33,937 nt of DNA from Sphingomonas sp. (GCF_031380695.1 NZ_JANMWY010000210.1:1-33937), one strand, 5' to 3'. Positions 1-10,194 are shown, counted from the stretch's first letter. Notes: generated by a model not told the origin, from the sequence alone. Numbers and translations: made by a program.

Positions 1-480
1 CGACCGCCCGTCGCCATTGAAATCGCCGACACCGACGACCTTCCAGTCGATCGGCACGCCGATCAGCGCGGAGTTATTGATGTCGAAATTGCCGCTCGCG
101 TTACCGAGCCAGTCACCGAGCGCGCCGCTATCGTTCCGCCACAAGATGTCGCTGCGTCCATCACCGTTGAAGTCGCCCGTCGCCGTGATGTGCCAGTCGT
201 TCGGGATATTCTTAAGCGGCACCGCGCTATTCACCGCGAAATAGCCGTTCGGATCGCCAAGCCAATTGCCGAGCGATCCATCGCTGTTGCGCCACAATAT
301 GTCGCTGCGGCCATCGCCGTTGAAATCACCGGTCCCCACGACGCGCCACGCGGCGGGTACGGCGAACAGCTGCACATTGATCGTGAAGCCGCCAGCACTG
401 CCGAACCAGTCGCCGAGCGTGCCGTCGATGTTGCGCCACAATATGTCGCTCCGCCCGTCGCCGTTGAAGTCGTTCGCGGC
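1..480 (-). repeat. Four FG-GAP/VCBS-like coding repeats (DFNGDGRSDILWRN), about 48-51 aa period
   Basis: DFNGDGRS begins at 471, 327, 174 and 24 on the minus strand (spacings 144, 153 and 150 nt). The last copy is cut by the window edge. Confidence 0.9.
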
Positions 481-3400
481 TCCATGGGCGACGCGCAGCT
501 CGACCCCACCGCCGGGCGCGGCCGACGCGACCAAAGGTGCGGCCAGCGCGTTCGCCAGCGTCAGCGATCCACCGCTGTAAGAAAGCGTCGGACCTGTCAG
601 CGAAAAGGCGAAACTCGCCGGGTTCGCGTCGCTGAACACGATCCGGTCGCCTACCGCGAAGTCGAGGATAGTGTCGCCCGCATGCCCCGCCGCCGTGTCG
701 CGATAAAGGTCCGCCCCCGCCCCGCCGCTGAGCACGTCCGCACCGCCACCGCCGGTTAGGACATCGTTCCCGCCAAACCCGCGCAGCACGTCCGCTCCCA
801 CACCGCCCACCAGCACATCCTCCCCCTCGCCGCCGAACAGGATCGGCACGTCCGGCGCGGCGATCGGTGGCGGCGCGGCCGGCGGCGCGGGAGCGGTCGG
901 CGCAGCGGGGATGACAATGCCGGCAATCGCGGCGGCATCGAACGTGAACAGCGCCGGGGCGATCGCCGCCACCTGCTGCCCCCGCAGCAGCAGCACATCC
1001 CCCGCCGCGAACGTCACCGCCACATCGGCGCCCTGCTGGACGATGCTGGCCCAGCCAGAATAGCCGCGCACGACGATGCGGTCACCCGCCGCCGGATTGA
1101 AGTCGGTGACGATGTCCGCCCCATAGCCCGCCTCGAACCGGAACAGGTCGGCCCCGGCCCCGCCAGTCAGCACGTCGCTGCCCGCCCCGCCGGACACAAG
1201 ATCGTCCCCCGTCCCGCCGTCGATCGTCTGGTCCCCGGTCCCGGCCAGCAACACATCGTCGCCCGCCCCGCCCGACAGCGAACCGACCAGCACGCCCTGC
1301 CGCCCGTCGTACACATCAGCTCCGGCGTGAAGGCTGACATTGCCCATGATCGACCCGGAGTTGATCAGCACCACCCGCTGCACGTCGGCGCTGTCGCCGC
1401 TGCGCAGGTCAATGTCGCCGATCAGCGACCCGCTGTTGAAGATCGACAGGGTCGACTGGTCGTAGCCGGGGATCAGGTCGGCACGGCGCAGGGCATAATC
1501 GGCGCGGATCGCGCCGCTGTTCCACAACGACGCGCTGCCAGACCAGTCGAGCGCAATCCCGGCACTATCGCGGGCCAATGTGTCATCCGCGACGATGATT
1601 GAACCAGCGTTGACGATGACGCTCGGCGACACAGCCGCGAACGACCCTGCCTTCCACTCGATCCCGACGCTGGCCGTCCCGCCGTGAACGCTGATTGCAC
1701 CGCTGTTGACGATCGACCCGGCACTACGGCCGGTCCCGAGGGACTGGCCGATGCCAACCGCGCGCGTCGCCGCATCCACCGCGATCGTCCCGCCGTTGAC
1801 GACGACCCCCGACAAGGCGGTGGCATCGATCAGCCCGGTCACGCGCCCGGCGATGTTCGTCACGCGAATTGTCCCGTCGTTCCACACGCCGCTCAGGCCG
1901 CGCGTCCCAAACAGGTCGATGGCATTGCCGTCGACCGTTAGCGCCGCCCCAAAGCGGTTGACCAGCTCCGCCGCCGGATTAAACTGCGACAGACCATTGC
2001 CGACCCCGGCAAAGCTGTCGCGAGCGCCCGAATCCGATACCGCGATCGCGCCCGCATTGAACAGCTGCGGCGTCACCCCGGTCGAGCTCAGCAACAGCCC
2101 GGCGTCATGCGCGATACCGGCGAAACTGGCCGCCTCCGCATCGGCGATCGCGACCGTCGTTCCCGCCGGAAAGGCGATCTGCTCATCCACCACCAGCATC
2201 GCTGGCTGAGCAATCGTCACCGGCGTGTCAAGCAACGCCGCCGCAAACGTCAGCCCGGCCTGGACCGTCGTCAGCTGCGTGGCGGCAAAGCGGATGCTGC
2301 CCCCGCCCGCCAGCGTCAGCACCACGTCCGGCCCACTTTGGACCAGCGACTGGGCCGCGGCAAAGCCATAGACTCGCACCCGGTCGCCGTTGGCGAAATC
2401 GGTGATGGTGTCGGCCCCGTCGCCCGCCTGATATTGGAATAGGTCGTTACCTGCGCCGCCGCTGAGCAGGTCCGCCCCGCTATCGCCGCGAAGGACGTCG
2501 TTGCCGACGCCGCCTTCGATCCGGTCGTCACCGCTCAGCCCGCGCAGACTGTCCGCCTGACCGCTCCCGATCAGCACATCGTCGAACCGCGACCCGACCA
2601 GCGCCTCGATGCCGAGCAGCCGGTCCCACCCAGCGCCATCGAACCCGGTGCCGGCGGCGAGGTCGGCGAGCACCCGGCTCGGCGATTCCGCATAGGAGGC
2701 GGTGTCATAGCCCGCGCTGCCATCAATCCGGTCGCTGCCCCAGCCGCCGTCGAGCATATCGTCGCCACCGCCCCCCACGATCTGATCGTCGCCAGTGTCG
2801 CCGAACAATGTGTCGGCAAATGATCCGCCGGTCAGCTGGTCGCTGCCCGGCCCGCCTTCGACGCTGCCATCGTGGCGGCCGCTGCCGCCGGCATATTGGT
2901 CATTGCCCTCGCCCAGGAGGGTCCGCCCGTTCATCGCCCCGCTGTTGATGACGACGTCCGCGCCAAGGCCCAGCCGGACGTCGCCCAGAATCGTCCCGCT
3001 GTTACGGATCGTATCGGCGATCGCCCCCGGTGCCGTCGCATCCGATACCATGATCGCGACGTCGGCCTCGATCATTCCGCTATTGACGATCTCGTTGCCG
3101 CCGCCGCCCAGCGCGCTCGTTTCGCCGAGGAAGAGGCCCACGCTGGCATGGGTCGAGGCAAGGCCGGTCGTCACCCTGATCGTGCCGCTGTTGGCGAAGC
3201 TCGTGCCCGTCGCGCTATCCCAGTGCACCCCTTCGCCGAACACGCCGCCCTGGACGATGATAGTGCCGCGATTGTCGAACGGGCTCGACACCCGGCCGAA
3301 CAGCCCGACCGCATTGAACGGACTGGTGACGGTGACGCTGCCCTGGTTGAGGAAGGACGCGACTCCCGCGCTCCACGCTCCAAAAGCATCGCCAGACGAG

Positions 3401-3801
3401 GCACGGACGGAGAAGACGCCGTCGTTGCGGAAACCGATCGCAAGCTGCGGTTCGAACAGGCCGGTGGTGAACCCGCTCGACATGTCGCCGCCGCCGTCGG
3501 TCCAGCGGTTGTCGATCGAAAAGGAAGCGCCCGCCGCGTTGAAGAACTGCGCCTGCGCACTCGTCGCCGAAGTCCGCGCCACGGCGAGCCCGTGCAGCCG
3601 TCCGGCCGTCGTCGCGCTCAGGATCGCGGAAATGCTGCCAAGGTTGGTGAACCGCGCCGTGCCGCTGCTGCTATCATAGACGTACAGCGGCCGGTCGGGA
3701 TCGCCGGGCTGGCCGACCGCATAGAGGTCCGGGTCGATGACGCTGACCAACATGCCGCTGCCGATCGTCAGGTCGCTCAGTACGAACCGCGTCGATGGCA
3801 T
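1..3801 (-). CDS. Large secreted calcium-binding RTX-repeat protein with C-terminal FG-GAP/VCBS-like repeats (3' end outside window, >1267 aa)
   Basis: Manual translation from ATG at 3801 (MPSTRFVLSDLTIGSG...), preceded by GGGAAG. The same frame was checked at 3800-3400, 2900-2250, 1500-700 and 480-1. It contains GGxGxDxL nonapeptides and GDFNGDGRSDILWRN repeats. It is missing from the ORF track because there is no stop codon in the window. Confidence 0.9.
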   Translation of the reverse strand, partial: MPSTRFVLSDLTIGSGMLVSVIDPDLYAVGQPGDPDRPLYVYDSSSGTARFTNLGSISAILSATTAGRLHGLAVARTSATSAQAQFFNAAGASFSIDNRWTDGGGDMSSGFTTGLFEPQLAIGFRNDGVFSVRASSGDAFGAWSAGVASFLNQGSVTVTSPFNAVGLFGRVSSPFDNRGTIIVQGGVFGEGVHWDSATGTSFANSGTIRVTTGLASTHASVGLFLGETSALGGGGNEIVNSGMIEADVAIMVSDATAPGAIADTIRNSGTILGDVRLGLGADVVINSGAMNGRTLLGEGNDQYAGGSGRHDGSVEGGPGSDQLTGGSFADTLFGDTGDDQIVGGGGDDMLDGGWGSDRIDGSAGYDTASYAESPSRVLADLAAGTGFDGAGWDRLLGIEALVGSRFDDVLIGSGQADSLRGLSGDDRIEGGVGNDVLRGDSGADLLSGGAGNDLFQYQAGDGADTITDFANGDRVRVYGFAAAQSLVQSGPDVVLTLAGGGSIRFAATQLTTVQAGLTFAAALLDTPVTIAQPAMLVVDEQIAFPAGTTVAIADAEAASFAGIAHDAGLLLSSTGVTPQLFNAGAIAVSDSGARDSFAGVGNGLSQFNPAAELVNRFGAALTVDGNAIDLFGTRGLSGVWNDGTIRVTNIAGRVTGLIDATALSGVVVNGGTIAVDAATRAVGIGQSLGTGRSAGSIVNSGAISVHGGTASVGIEWKAGSFAAVSPSVIVNAGSIIVADDTLARDSAGIALDWSGSASLWNSGAIRADYALRRADLIPGYDQSTLSIFNSGSLIGDIDLRSGDSADVQRVVLINSGSIMGNVSLHAGADVYDGRQGVLVGSLSGGAGDDVLLAGTGDQTIDGGTGDDLVSGGAGSDVLTGGAGADLFRFEAGYGADIVTDFNPAAGDRIVVRGYSGWASIVQQGADVAVTFAAGDVLLLRGQQVAAIAPALFTFDAAAIAGIVIPAAPTAPAPPAAPPPIAAPDVPILFGGEGEDVLVGGVGADVLRGFGGNDVLTGGGGADVLSGGAGADLYRDTAAGHAGDTILDFAVGDRIVFSDANPASFAFSLTGPTLSYSGGSLTLANALAAPLVASAAPGGGVELRVAHGAANDFNGDGRSDILWRNIDGTLGDWFGSAGGFTINVQLFAVPAAWRVVGTGDFNGDGRSDILWRNSDGSLGNWLGDPNGYFAVNSAVPLKNIPNDWHITATGDFNGDGRSDILWRNDSGALGDWLGNASGNFDINNSALIGVPIDWKVVGVGDFNGDGRS
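712..840 (-). repeat. RTX nonapeptide block 3
   Basis: LFGGEGEDVLVGGVGADVLRGFGGNDVLTGGGGADVLSGGAGADL. Confidence 0.85.
1145..1290 (-). repeat. RTX nonapeptide block 2
   Basis: LSGGAGDDVLLAGTGDQTIDGGTGDDLVSGGAGSDVLTGGAGADLF. Confidence 0.85.
2440..2865 (-). repeat. RTX nonapeptide block 1 (split by a DTASY...IEALVGS spacer)
   Basis: EGGPGSDQLTGGSFADTLFGDTGDDQIVGGGGDDMLDGGWGSDRIDG...LRGLSGDDRIEGGVGNDVLRGDSGADLLSGGAGNDLF. Confidence 0.85.
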
Positions 3802-3863
3802 GACACTTCCCGTGACGCACTGGCGGGACGCACCGGCGTCCGCCGCCCCGGTCCCTCAACGCA

Positions 3864-3895
3864 GCATCGCGCCCGGCGCGTGCCGGGCGCGATGC
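3864..3895. other. Perfect 14-bp GC-rich hairpin in the divergent intergenic region
   Basis: GCATCGCGCCCGGC-gcgt-GCCGGGCGCGATGC, with no flanking T-tract. Function unknown. Confidence 0.6.
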
Positions 3896-4083
3896 AAGCA
3901 TTGGTAACCGACCCAAGGCCCGCCGCGATGAGGCCCTCTGGACCTCGATGCTCAGGCGGCCATTGTTAACAGCATGTCAGCGCGCCGCAATGGTACGTTT
4001 CGGACTACCCCTGCGACAATGAAGGAGTTTGGTGCGGTCATTTGCACCTTGAGCGCGCGCCACCGCTCTGCTTGAACCCGATC

Positions 4084-7000
4084 GTGAGCCGAACCTGGTC
4101 CTTTGCCATCGATCGCGGTGGCACCTTTACCGACGTTGTCGCCCAAAGTTCCGATGGACTGCAGCGCGCTGCCAAGCTGCTGTCGGTCGGTCCCGGCATT
4201 TACGACGATGCCGCGCTCGAGGGGATCCGGCGGATCATCGCGGCCGACGGCGGCACCATCGGCGACGTGCGGATCGGGACCACCGTCGCCACCAACGCCC
4301 TGCTCGAGCGCAAGGGCGAGCGCACCGCGTTGCTGACGACGCGCGGCTTCGGCGATGCGCTGCGAATCGGCAACCAGGCGCGGCCCGACATTTTTGCGCG
4401 CCATATCGTCCTGCCGCCGATGTTGTACGATCGCGTGGTCGAGGTCGACGAGCGAATCGGTGCCGACGGGGCCGTCCTTGGTGCGCTGGACGAATCGGCG
4501 GCGACGGCCATGTTGGCCAAGCTTCGCGCTGACCTGTTCGACAGCATTGCCATCGCCCTGATGCATGGCTGGTACCACCCCGTGCACGAGCGCCGCCTGG
4601 CCGCGCTGGCGCAGCAGGCCGGCTTTGCCCAAGTCTCGGCCAGCCACGAGGTCGCGCCGTTGATCAAATTTGTTCCGCGCGCCGGCACTACAGTGGTCGA
4701 CGCCTATCTGTCGCCGATCCTGCGCCGCTATGTCGACCGTGTCGCCGACGGCCTGGGTGCCGACTGCGACCTGAGCTTCATCCAGTCCAACGGCGGCCTC
4801 ACCCACGCCCGCGCCTTTCGCGGCAAGGATGCCATCCTGTCGGGTCCGGCCGGTGGCGTGATCGGAATGGTCGCGGCCGGGAAGGCGCACGGCGAGGAGC
4901 GGCTGATCGGCTTCGACATGGGCGGCACCTCGACCGACGTATCGCATTATGCCGGCCGCCTGGAGTTGGCCGAGGAAAGCCTGGTCGCCGGCGTTTCGAT
5001 CCGCGCGCCGATGATGCAGGTTCATACCGTCGCCGCCGGCGGCGGATCGATCTGCCGGTTCGACGGGATGCGCTTTCGGGTCGGGCCGGAATCGGCGGGC
5101 GCGTGGCCGGGGCCGGCCTGCTATCGCAATGGCGGGCCGCTGACGGTCACCGACTGCAACCTGGTCACCGGCCGGATCGACCCTGCCCGGTTCCCTTCAC
5201 TCTTCGGCCCTGACGGCGACCAGCCGCTCGATCTCGAGGCGGCCCGCGAGCGGCTGGCGGAAATCGCGGGCACCCTCCCCCGATCGATGCCGATCGACGA
5301 GATCGCGCGCGGCTTTCTGGCTATCGCAGTCGACAATATGGCGGCCGCGATCCGCCGCATCTCGATTGCCCGCGGCCACGACGTCACCCGCTACACGCTG
5401 GTTTGCTTTGGGGGCGCTGGCGGACAGCTCGCCTGCGCGGTGGCCGATGCGCTGGGCATGGCGAAGATCCTGATCCATCCGCTGGCCGGGCTGCTCTCGG
5501 CTTATGGCATTGGCTTGGCCGACGTGAAGGCCATCCGCCAAACCAGCTGGCGCAAACCGCTGGCCGACCCTTTCGAACAGGCGTTCGCGCCGCTGACCGA
5601 CGCGGTCCGCGCAGAGGTAATGGCACAGGGCGTCGGCGCCGACCGGATCGAGATTGTGCAGCGTGTCCGCTTGCGGCTGGCCGACAGCGACAGCTCGATC
5701 GAGCTCGACTTGGCCGAGCCTGCAGCGATGAAGGCCGACTTCCACCGGCTTCACCGCACACGCTTCGGCTATGCCGACGAGACTGCGGACGTCGTCATCG
5801 AAGCGCTGGTCGCCGAAGCGATCGGCCGCACGCGCCGGGCCCAACCGACCATCGGCAATGCCGCTCGGGAGGAGCGCTTCGCTGGGCCGGAGATGGTCCA
5901 CGAAACGGGCTCGACCATCGTCATCGACGAGGACTGGAGAGGTGCTCGGCAAGGCGACGGCACCCTCATCCTGACTCGCTCCACCCCGCTCAGGCGCCAG
6001 CGCGCGGCGGGGACCGACGCCGATCCGGTACGGCTCGAGATATTCAACAATCTGTTCATGGCGATCGCCGAAGAAATGGGCGCCGCACTCCAGGCGACGG
6101 CGAGCTCGGTCAACATCAAGGAGCGGCTCGATTTTTCCTGCGCGCTGTTCGACCGGACCGGCGCGCTCATCGCCAACGCGCCGCACATCCCGGTCCACCT
6201 CGGCTCGATGGGCGAGAGCATCCGCACAATCCTCGCTGCGCGCGGCGACGGGCGCGACGGTCGCGGCATCCTTGCGGGCGACGCCTATCTGCTCAACGAT
6301 CCCTATCGCGGCGGCACCCACCTGCCCGACATTACGGTCATCGTGCCGGTCTTCTATGGCGCGAGCGAGGGTCCCGACGCCTTCGTCGCCGCGCGCGGAC
6401 ACCATGCCGACGTCGGCGGGATCGCGCCCGGATCGATGCCCCCCGACAGCCGCACCATCGACGACGAAGGCGTCCTCATCGACAATGAAGTGCTGGTCGA
6501 TCGGGGTCGCTTCCTTGAAGTTGAAACCCGCGCCCTGTTCGCGCGCGGCCCGCACCCGGCGCGGGATATCGACCGCAATATCGCCGATCTCAAGGCCCAG
6601 CTCGCGGCCTGCACGCGCGGCCTCGAGCGCCTCGTCGAGGTGGCCCGAGAAGAAGGCAAGGCGGTCGTCGACGCCTATATGGCGCATTGCATTGCCAATG
6701 CGGAGGAATCGGTCCGCCGTCTCATCGACCGGCTCGACGACGGTGAATTCGCGTACCCGATGGACAATGGTGCCGTCGTTCGAGTCACGATCCGGATCGA
6801 CCGCGCGGCGCGTGGCGCGACCTTCGATTTCAGCGGCACCAGCGCGCAGCTGCGCGACAATTTCAACGCGCCTTATTCGATCACGCGCGCCGCCGCGCTC
6901 TATGTCGTACGGACGCTGGTCGACGATGAGATCCCGATGAACGATGGCTGCCTGATCCCGATCACGCTGGTCGTTCCCGACGGTTCGATGCTTCGTCCCC

Positions 7001-7569
7001 ACCGGCCAGCCGCAGTGGTCGCCGGCAATGTCGAAACCAGTCAAGTCGTCACCGACGCACTGTTCGCCGCGACCGGCCAGCTCGCACCGAGCCAGGGCAC
7101 GATGAACAATTTCACCTTCGGCGATGCCAGCCACCAATATTACGAGACGATCTGCGGCGGCTCCGGCGCCGGCCCCGATCATGGCGGGACCGACGCGGTC
7201 CAGACCCACATGACCAACAGCCGGCTGACCGATCCCGAAATTCTCGAGACCCGCTTCCCGGTGCGGATCGAGCGATTTGCAATCAGGCGGGGATCGGGCG
7301 GAAAAGGTAGACACGACGGCGGAGATGGCGTGATCCGCGAGTTCATGTTCCTCGCGCCGATGCAGGCCAACATCCTGTCCAACCGCCGCGCAGTACCGCC
7401 GCGCGGGATTAGCGGAGGCGGGGATGCGCTGCCCGGCATCAACCGGGTCATCCGCCGCGACGGGACTGTCGAGGATTTGCCCGCCTGCGCCGCGGTTGAC
7501 ATGAAGCTAGGCGACCGGTTCGTGATCGAGACGCCGGGCGGCGGCGGCTATGGCAAGGAGGAGCAATGA
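4084..7569 (+). CDS. oplA: ATP-dependent 5-oxoprolinase, fused hydantoinase A/B (OplA/OPLAH type)
   Basis: Motifs [96 protein letters not shown] 4084 is preferred as start over TTG 4042 because the family N-terminus (W.F.IDRGG) begins there. Confidence 0.88.
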   Translation: MSRTWSFAIDRGGTFTDVVAQSSDGLQRAAKLLSVGPGIYDDAALEGIRRIIAADGGTIGDVRIGTTVATNALLERKGERTALLTTRGFGDALRIGNQARPDIFARHIVLPPMLYDRVVEVDERIGADGAVLGALDESAATAMLAKLRADLFDSIAIALMHGWYHPVHERRLAALAQQAGFAQVSASHEVAPLIKFVPRAGTTVVDAYLSPILRRYVDRVADGLGADCDLSFIQSNGGLTHARAFRGKDAILSGPAGGVIGMVAAGKAHGEERLIGFDMGGTSTDVSHYAGRLELAEESLVAGVSIRAPMMQVHTVAAGGGSICRFDGMRFRVGPESAGAWPGPACYRNGGPLTVTDCNLVTGRIDPARFPSLFGPDGDQPLDLEAARERLAEIAGTLPRSMPIDEIARGFLAIAVDNMAAAIRRISIARGHDVTRYTLVCFGGAGGQLACAVADALGMAKILIHPLAGLLSAYGIGLADVKAIRQTSWRKPLADPFEQAFAPLTDAVRAEVMAQGVGADRIEIVQRVRLRLADSDSSIELDLAEPAAMKADFHRLHRTRFGYADETADVVIEALVAEAIGRTRRAQPTIGNAAREERFAGPEMVHETGSTIVIDEDWRGARQGDGTLILTRSTPLRRQRAAGTDADPVRLEIFNNLFMAIAEEMGAALQATASSVNIKERLDFSCALFDRTGALIANAPHIPVHLGSMGESIRTILAARGDGRDGRGILAGDAYLLNDPYRGGTHLPDITVIVPVFYGASEGPDAFVAARGHHADVGGIAPGSMPPDSRTIDDEGVLIDNEVLVDRGRFLEVETRALFARGPHPARDIDRNIADLKAQLAACTRGLERLVEVAREEGKAVVDAYMAHCIANAEESVRRLIDRLDDGEFAYPMDNGAVVRVTIRIDRAARGATFDFSGTSAQLRDNFNAPYSITRAAALYVVRTLVDDEIPMNDGCLIPITLVVPDGSMLRPHRPAAVVAGNVETSQVVTDALFAATGQLAPSQGTMNNFTFGDASHQYYETICGGSGAGPDHGGTDAVQTHMTNSRLTDPEILETRFPVRIERFAIRRGSGGKGRHDGGDGVIREFMFLAPMQANILSNRRAVPPRGISGGGDALPGINRVIRRDGTVEDLPACAAVDMKLGDRFVIETPGGGGYGKEEQ

Positions 7570-8237
7570 ACTACTGGCCGCTGATCGGCATCCTGATGGT
7601 TGTCGCCGGCTTCGCGCTGCGCCTGAACCCTATGCTGGTCGTAACCGCTTCCGCGCTGGTCACCGGCCTGATCGCGGGGATGGAACCCGTCACGGTCATT
7701 GCGACGTTCGGCAAGGCGTTCAACGACAATCGCGTCATTGCCATCGTCTGGATCGTCCTGCCGGTCATCGGCAGCCTCGAGCGATTTGGGCTGCAGCAGC
7801 GCGCGGCGGATCTGGTCCGGTCCTTCAAGGGAGCGACCCTGGCGCGGCTGCTGATCGCCTACCTCGCCTATCGCCAGGCGATTTCCGCCGTCGGTCTCCA
7901 TTCAACTGCAGGTCACGCGCAGACGGTTCGCCCCTTGGTTGCACCGATGGCGCTGGCCGCCGCCGAGCGCGAGCATGGCCTGCTTGATGACACCCAGGCC
8001 GATGCGGTCAATGCGATGGCGGCGGCGACCGATAATGTCGGCCTGTTCTTCGGCGAGGACATCTTCATCGCGATCGGCTCGATCGTGCTCATCCAGCAGA
8101 CGCTCGCGACCTACGGCTATGAGCTGACTCCGATCGAGCTGGCGGTCTGGGCGATACCGACCGCGCTGGCGGCATTCCTGGTCCATGCCGTCAGGATCCG
8201 CCTGTTCAGCGCGCGGCTGCGGCGGACGGCGCGGTGA
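7566..8237 (+). CDS. DUF969 family membrane protein (putative 5-oxoproline transporter subunit)
   Basis: Hydrophobic 223 aa with [24 protein letters not shown] and [18 protein letters not shown] motifs. ATGA overlap with the oplA stop. Confidence 0.85.
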   Translation: MNYWPLIGILMVVAGFALRLNPMLVVTASALVTGLIAGMEPVTVIATFGKAFNDNRVIAIVWIVLPVIGSLERFGLQQRAADLVRSFKGATLARLLIAYLAYRQAISAVGLHSTAGHAQTVRPLVAPMALAAAEREHGLLDDTQADAVNAMAAATDNVGLFFGEDIFIAIGSIVLIQQTLATYGYELTPIELAVWAIPTALAAFLVHAVRIRLFSARLRRTAR

Positions 8238-9187
8238 TTACGCTCGACTGGATCTACATGCTCGCCGGCGCGATGTTCGCCGCCTTCGCGATCCTTGGCC
8301 TGAGCGACCGGTCGAACCCGAAGCGTCTCGGCAATAGCGCCTTCTGGGGCCTAATGGCGCTCAGTCTGCTGGCCGGCGACCGCATTGGCGATATCGCCAA
8401 TGGCGTGCTCGTGCTCGGCTTGGCCGGCCTGGGCGGGTTCAGACTGATCGGCCGGAGCCACCCTGCGACCACGTCGAGTAAGCAACGCGAGGAGTATTCG
8501 ATCCGCCACGGCAACCGGCTGTTCCTGCCCGCGCTGATCATCCCGGTGACGGCGCTCGCCGGCACGCTGGCCTACAATTACACGCCGCTCGGCCAAGCCG
8601 GCTGGATCGAGCCCCGGCGTGAGACCTATGTCTTCCTCGCCCTCGGCGTTCTGCTCGCCCTCGCCGTCATCTTTGCCTGGCTCCGCCCGCCAGCGCTCGC
8701 GCCGCTCAACGAAGGACGGCGATTGATCGATGCGATCGGCTGGGCCGCCGTCCTCCCGCAAATGCTCGCCGCCCTCGGAGTCCTGTTTGCCACAGCCGGC
8801 ATTGGCAGCATCATCGGCGGGCTGTTCGGGTCGATCATTCCCGACGGCAGTGTGCTCGTCGCGGTGATCGTCTTCGCCGTCGGCATGGCGTTGTTCACGA
8901 TGATCATGGGCAACGCGTTTGCGGCCTTTCCGGTCATGGCGGCGGCGATCGGCGTGCCCGTGCTGATCCAGCATGATCATGGCGATCCGGCGGTGATCGG
9001 CGCGGTTGGGATGCTGGCCGGATTTTGCGGCACGCTGATGACGCCCATGGCCGCCAACTTTAACTTGGTCCCGGCGGCTTTGCTTGAACTCAAGGATCAA
9101 TATGCGGTGGTCAAGGCGCAGGTCGCGACCGCGCTGCCGCTGCTTGCCTTTAACATCTTCGTCATCTGGCTGGCGGCCTTTCGATGA
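8234..9187 (+). CDS. DUF979 family membrane protein (putative 5-oxoproline transporter subunit)
   Basis: Multi-pass membrane protein with LPQMLAALG, GMALFTMIMGNAFAAFPVM and GFCGTLMTPMAANFNLVPAALLEL motifs. GTGA overlap with the upstream gene. Confidence 0.85.
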   Translation: MITLDWIYMLAGAMFAAFAILGLSDRSNPKRLGNSAFWGLMALSLLAGDRIGDIANGVLVLGLAGLGGFRLIGRSHPATTSSKQREEYSIRHGNRLFLPALIIPVTALAGTLAYNYTPLGQAGWIEPRRETYVFLALGVLLALAVIFAWLRPPALAPLNEGRRLIDAIGWAAVLPQMLAALGVLFATAGIGSIIGGLFGSIIPDGSVLVAVIVFAVGMALFTMIMGNAFAAFPVMAAAIGVPVLIQHDHGDPAVIGAVGMLAGFCGTLMTPMAANFNLVPAALLELKDQYAVVKAQVATALPLLAFNIFVIWLAAFR

Positions 9188-10194
9188 ACCTCGACCTACC
9201 CACGGCCGAACGGTTCGCGCGGATCGCGCTCGGCCATGTCGGGCGCGAATATCCGCACAAGCTCGACCATGTCCTGACGTCGGACGACGATGCGCGGACC
9301 CCGCGAGACCTCCACCCGATCTTCTTCGGCAGCTTCGACTGGCACAGCTGCGTCCATGGCTGGTGGACCTTGTTGACGCTGCGCCGGCTGTTCCCCGCCA
9401 TCGGCCCGGCGGCCGAGATTGCAGCGCTCGCCGCCGAGCGGTTCACCCCGGCCCATGCAGCGGTCGAGCTGGCCTACCTCGACCGGCCGGAGTCGGCGGG
9501 GTTCGAGCGGCCCTATGGCTGGGCGTGGCTTCTCGCGCTCCATCATGAAGCGGCCCGCCATGATGATCGCGACTGGGCGGATATCCTCCGGCCGCTGGCG
9601 ATCGCGTTCGCCGACCGGTTCACACCCTATCTCGCAAAGCTCAGCTATCCGATCACCGTCGGCACGCACTTCAACACCGCCTTCGCGCTGGTCCTCGCGC
9701 GCAGTTGGTCGGTGGCGCGCGACCCGGCCTTGACTCGGGCCATCGACGAATGGGCAAGGCGGGCCTTCGCGGACGAGCGCAACTATCGCGGGTGGGAGCC
9801 GGGCGGCGACGAATTTCTCTCACCTGCGCTAACCGCTGCGCTGCTGATGAGCCACGTCATGGACCGGGCGAGCTTCTCGGCCTGGTTCGATGCGTTTCTC
9901 CCGGAGGCGGCAATGGCGCGGTTCGAGCCGGTCGCCGTGTCCGATCGCAGCGACGGCAAGATCGCCCATCTGGACGGGCTCAACCTCAGTCGTGCATGGT
10001 GCCTGCGCGCGATCGCGACGGCGATTGCTTCATCCCCGAGGGCATCCGCGCTGGAATTGCGCGCGCGCCGTCATCTCGACGCTTCGCTGCCCCACGTCGC
10101 GGGCGACTATGCCGGCGAACACTGGCTTGCGACCTTCGCGCTCTTGGCACTGTACCCCCAACCACCCGGAGACGAGTGGACAGTTTGTCGTTAG
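9184..10194 (+). CDS. DUF2891 family protein
   Basis: Motifs EYPHK, LHPIFFGSFDWHSCVHG, FERPYGWAW, GTHFNTAF, DGKIAHLDGLNLSRAW, GDYAGEHWLATFA. ATGA overlap with the upstream gene. Confidence 0.82.
   Translation: MNLDLPTAERFARIALGHVGREYPHKLDHVLTSDDDARTPRDLHPIFFGSFDWHSCVHGWWTLLTLRRLFPAIGPAAEIAALAAERFTPAHAAVELAYLDRPESAGFERPYGWAWLLALHHEAARHDDRDWADILRPLAIAFADRFTPYLAKLSYPITVGTHFNTAFALVLARSWSVARDPALTRAIDEWARRAFADERNYRGWEPGGDEFLSPALTAALLMSHVMDRASFSAWFDAFLPEAAMARFEPVAVSDRSDGKIAHLDGLNLSRAWCLRAIATAIASSPRASALELRARRHLDASLPHVAGDYAGEHWLATFALLALYPQPPGDEWTVCR

Noticed and set aside
1-480. Roughly 150-bp periodic DNA repeats that might suggest a CRISPR array
   Set aside because: The repeats are degenerate at third codon positions, in frame, and encode FG-GAP motifs. 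No cas genes.
17-3969. Many plus-strand and off-frame ORFs (e.g. 190-759, 2795-3679, 2872-3969)
   Set aside because: Shadows of the minus-strand RTX/FG-GAP gene, with no family motifs.
4019-4083. AAGGAG at 4022-4027 and TTG 4042 as the oplA start
   Set aside because: The 14-nt spacing is too long and the extension lacks family similarity. Not fully excluded.
3952-7314. Long antisense ORFs 3952-5025 (357 aa) and 5197-7314 (705 aa)
   Set aside because: Antisense to oplA; long stop-free reverse frames are expected from high-GC codon bias.
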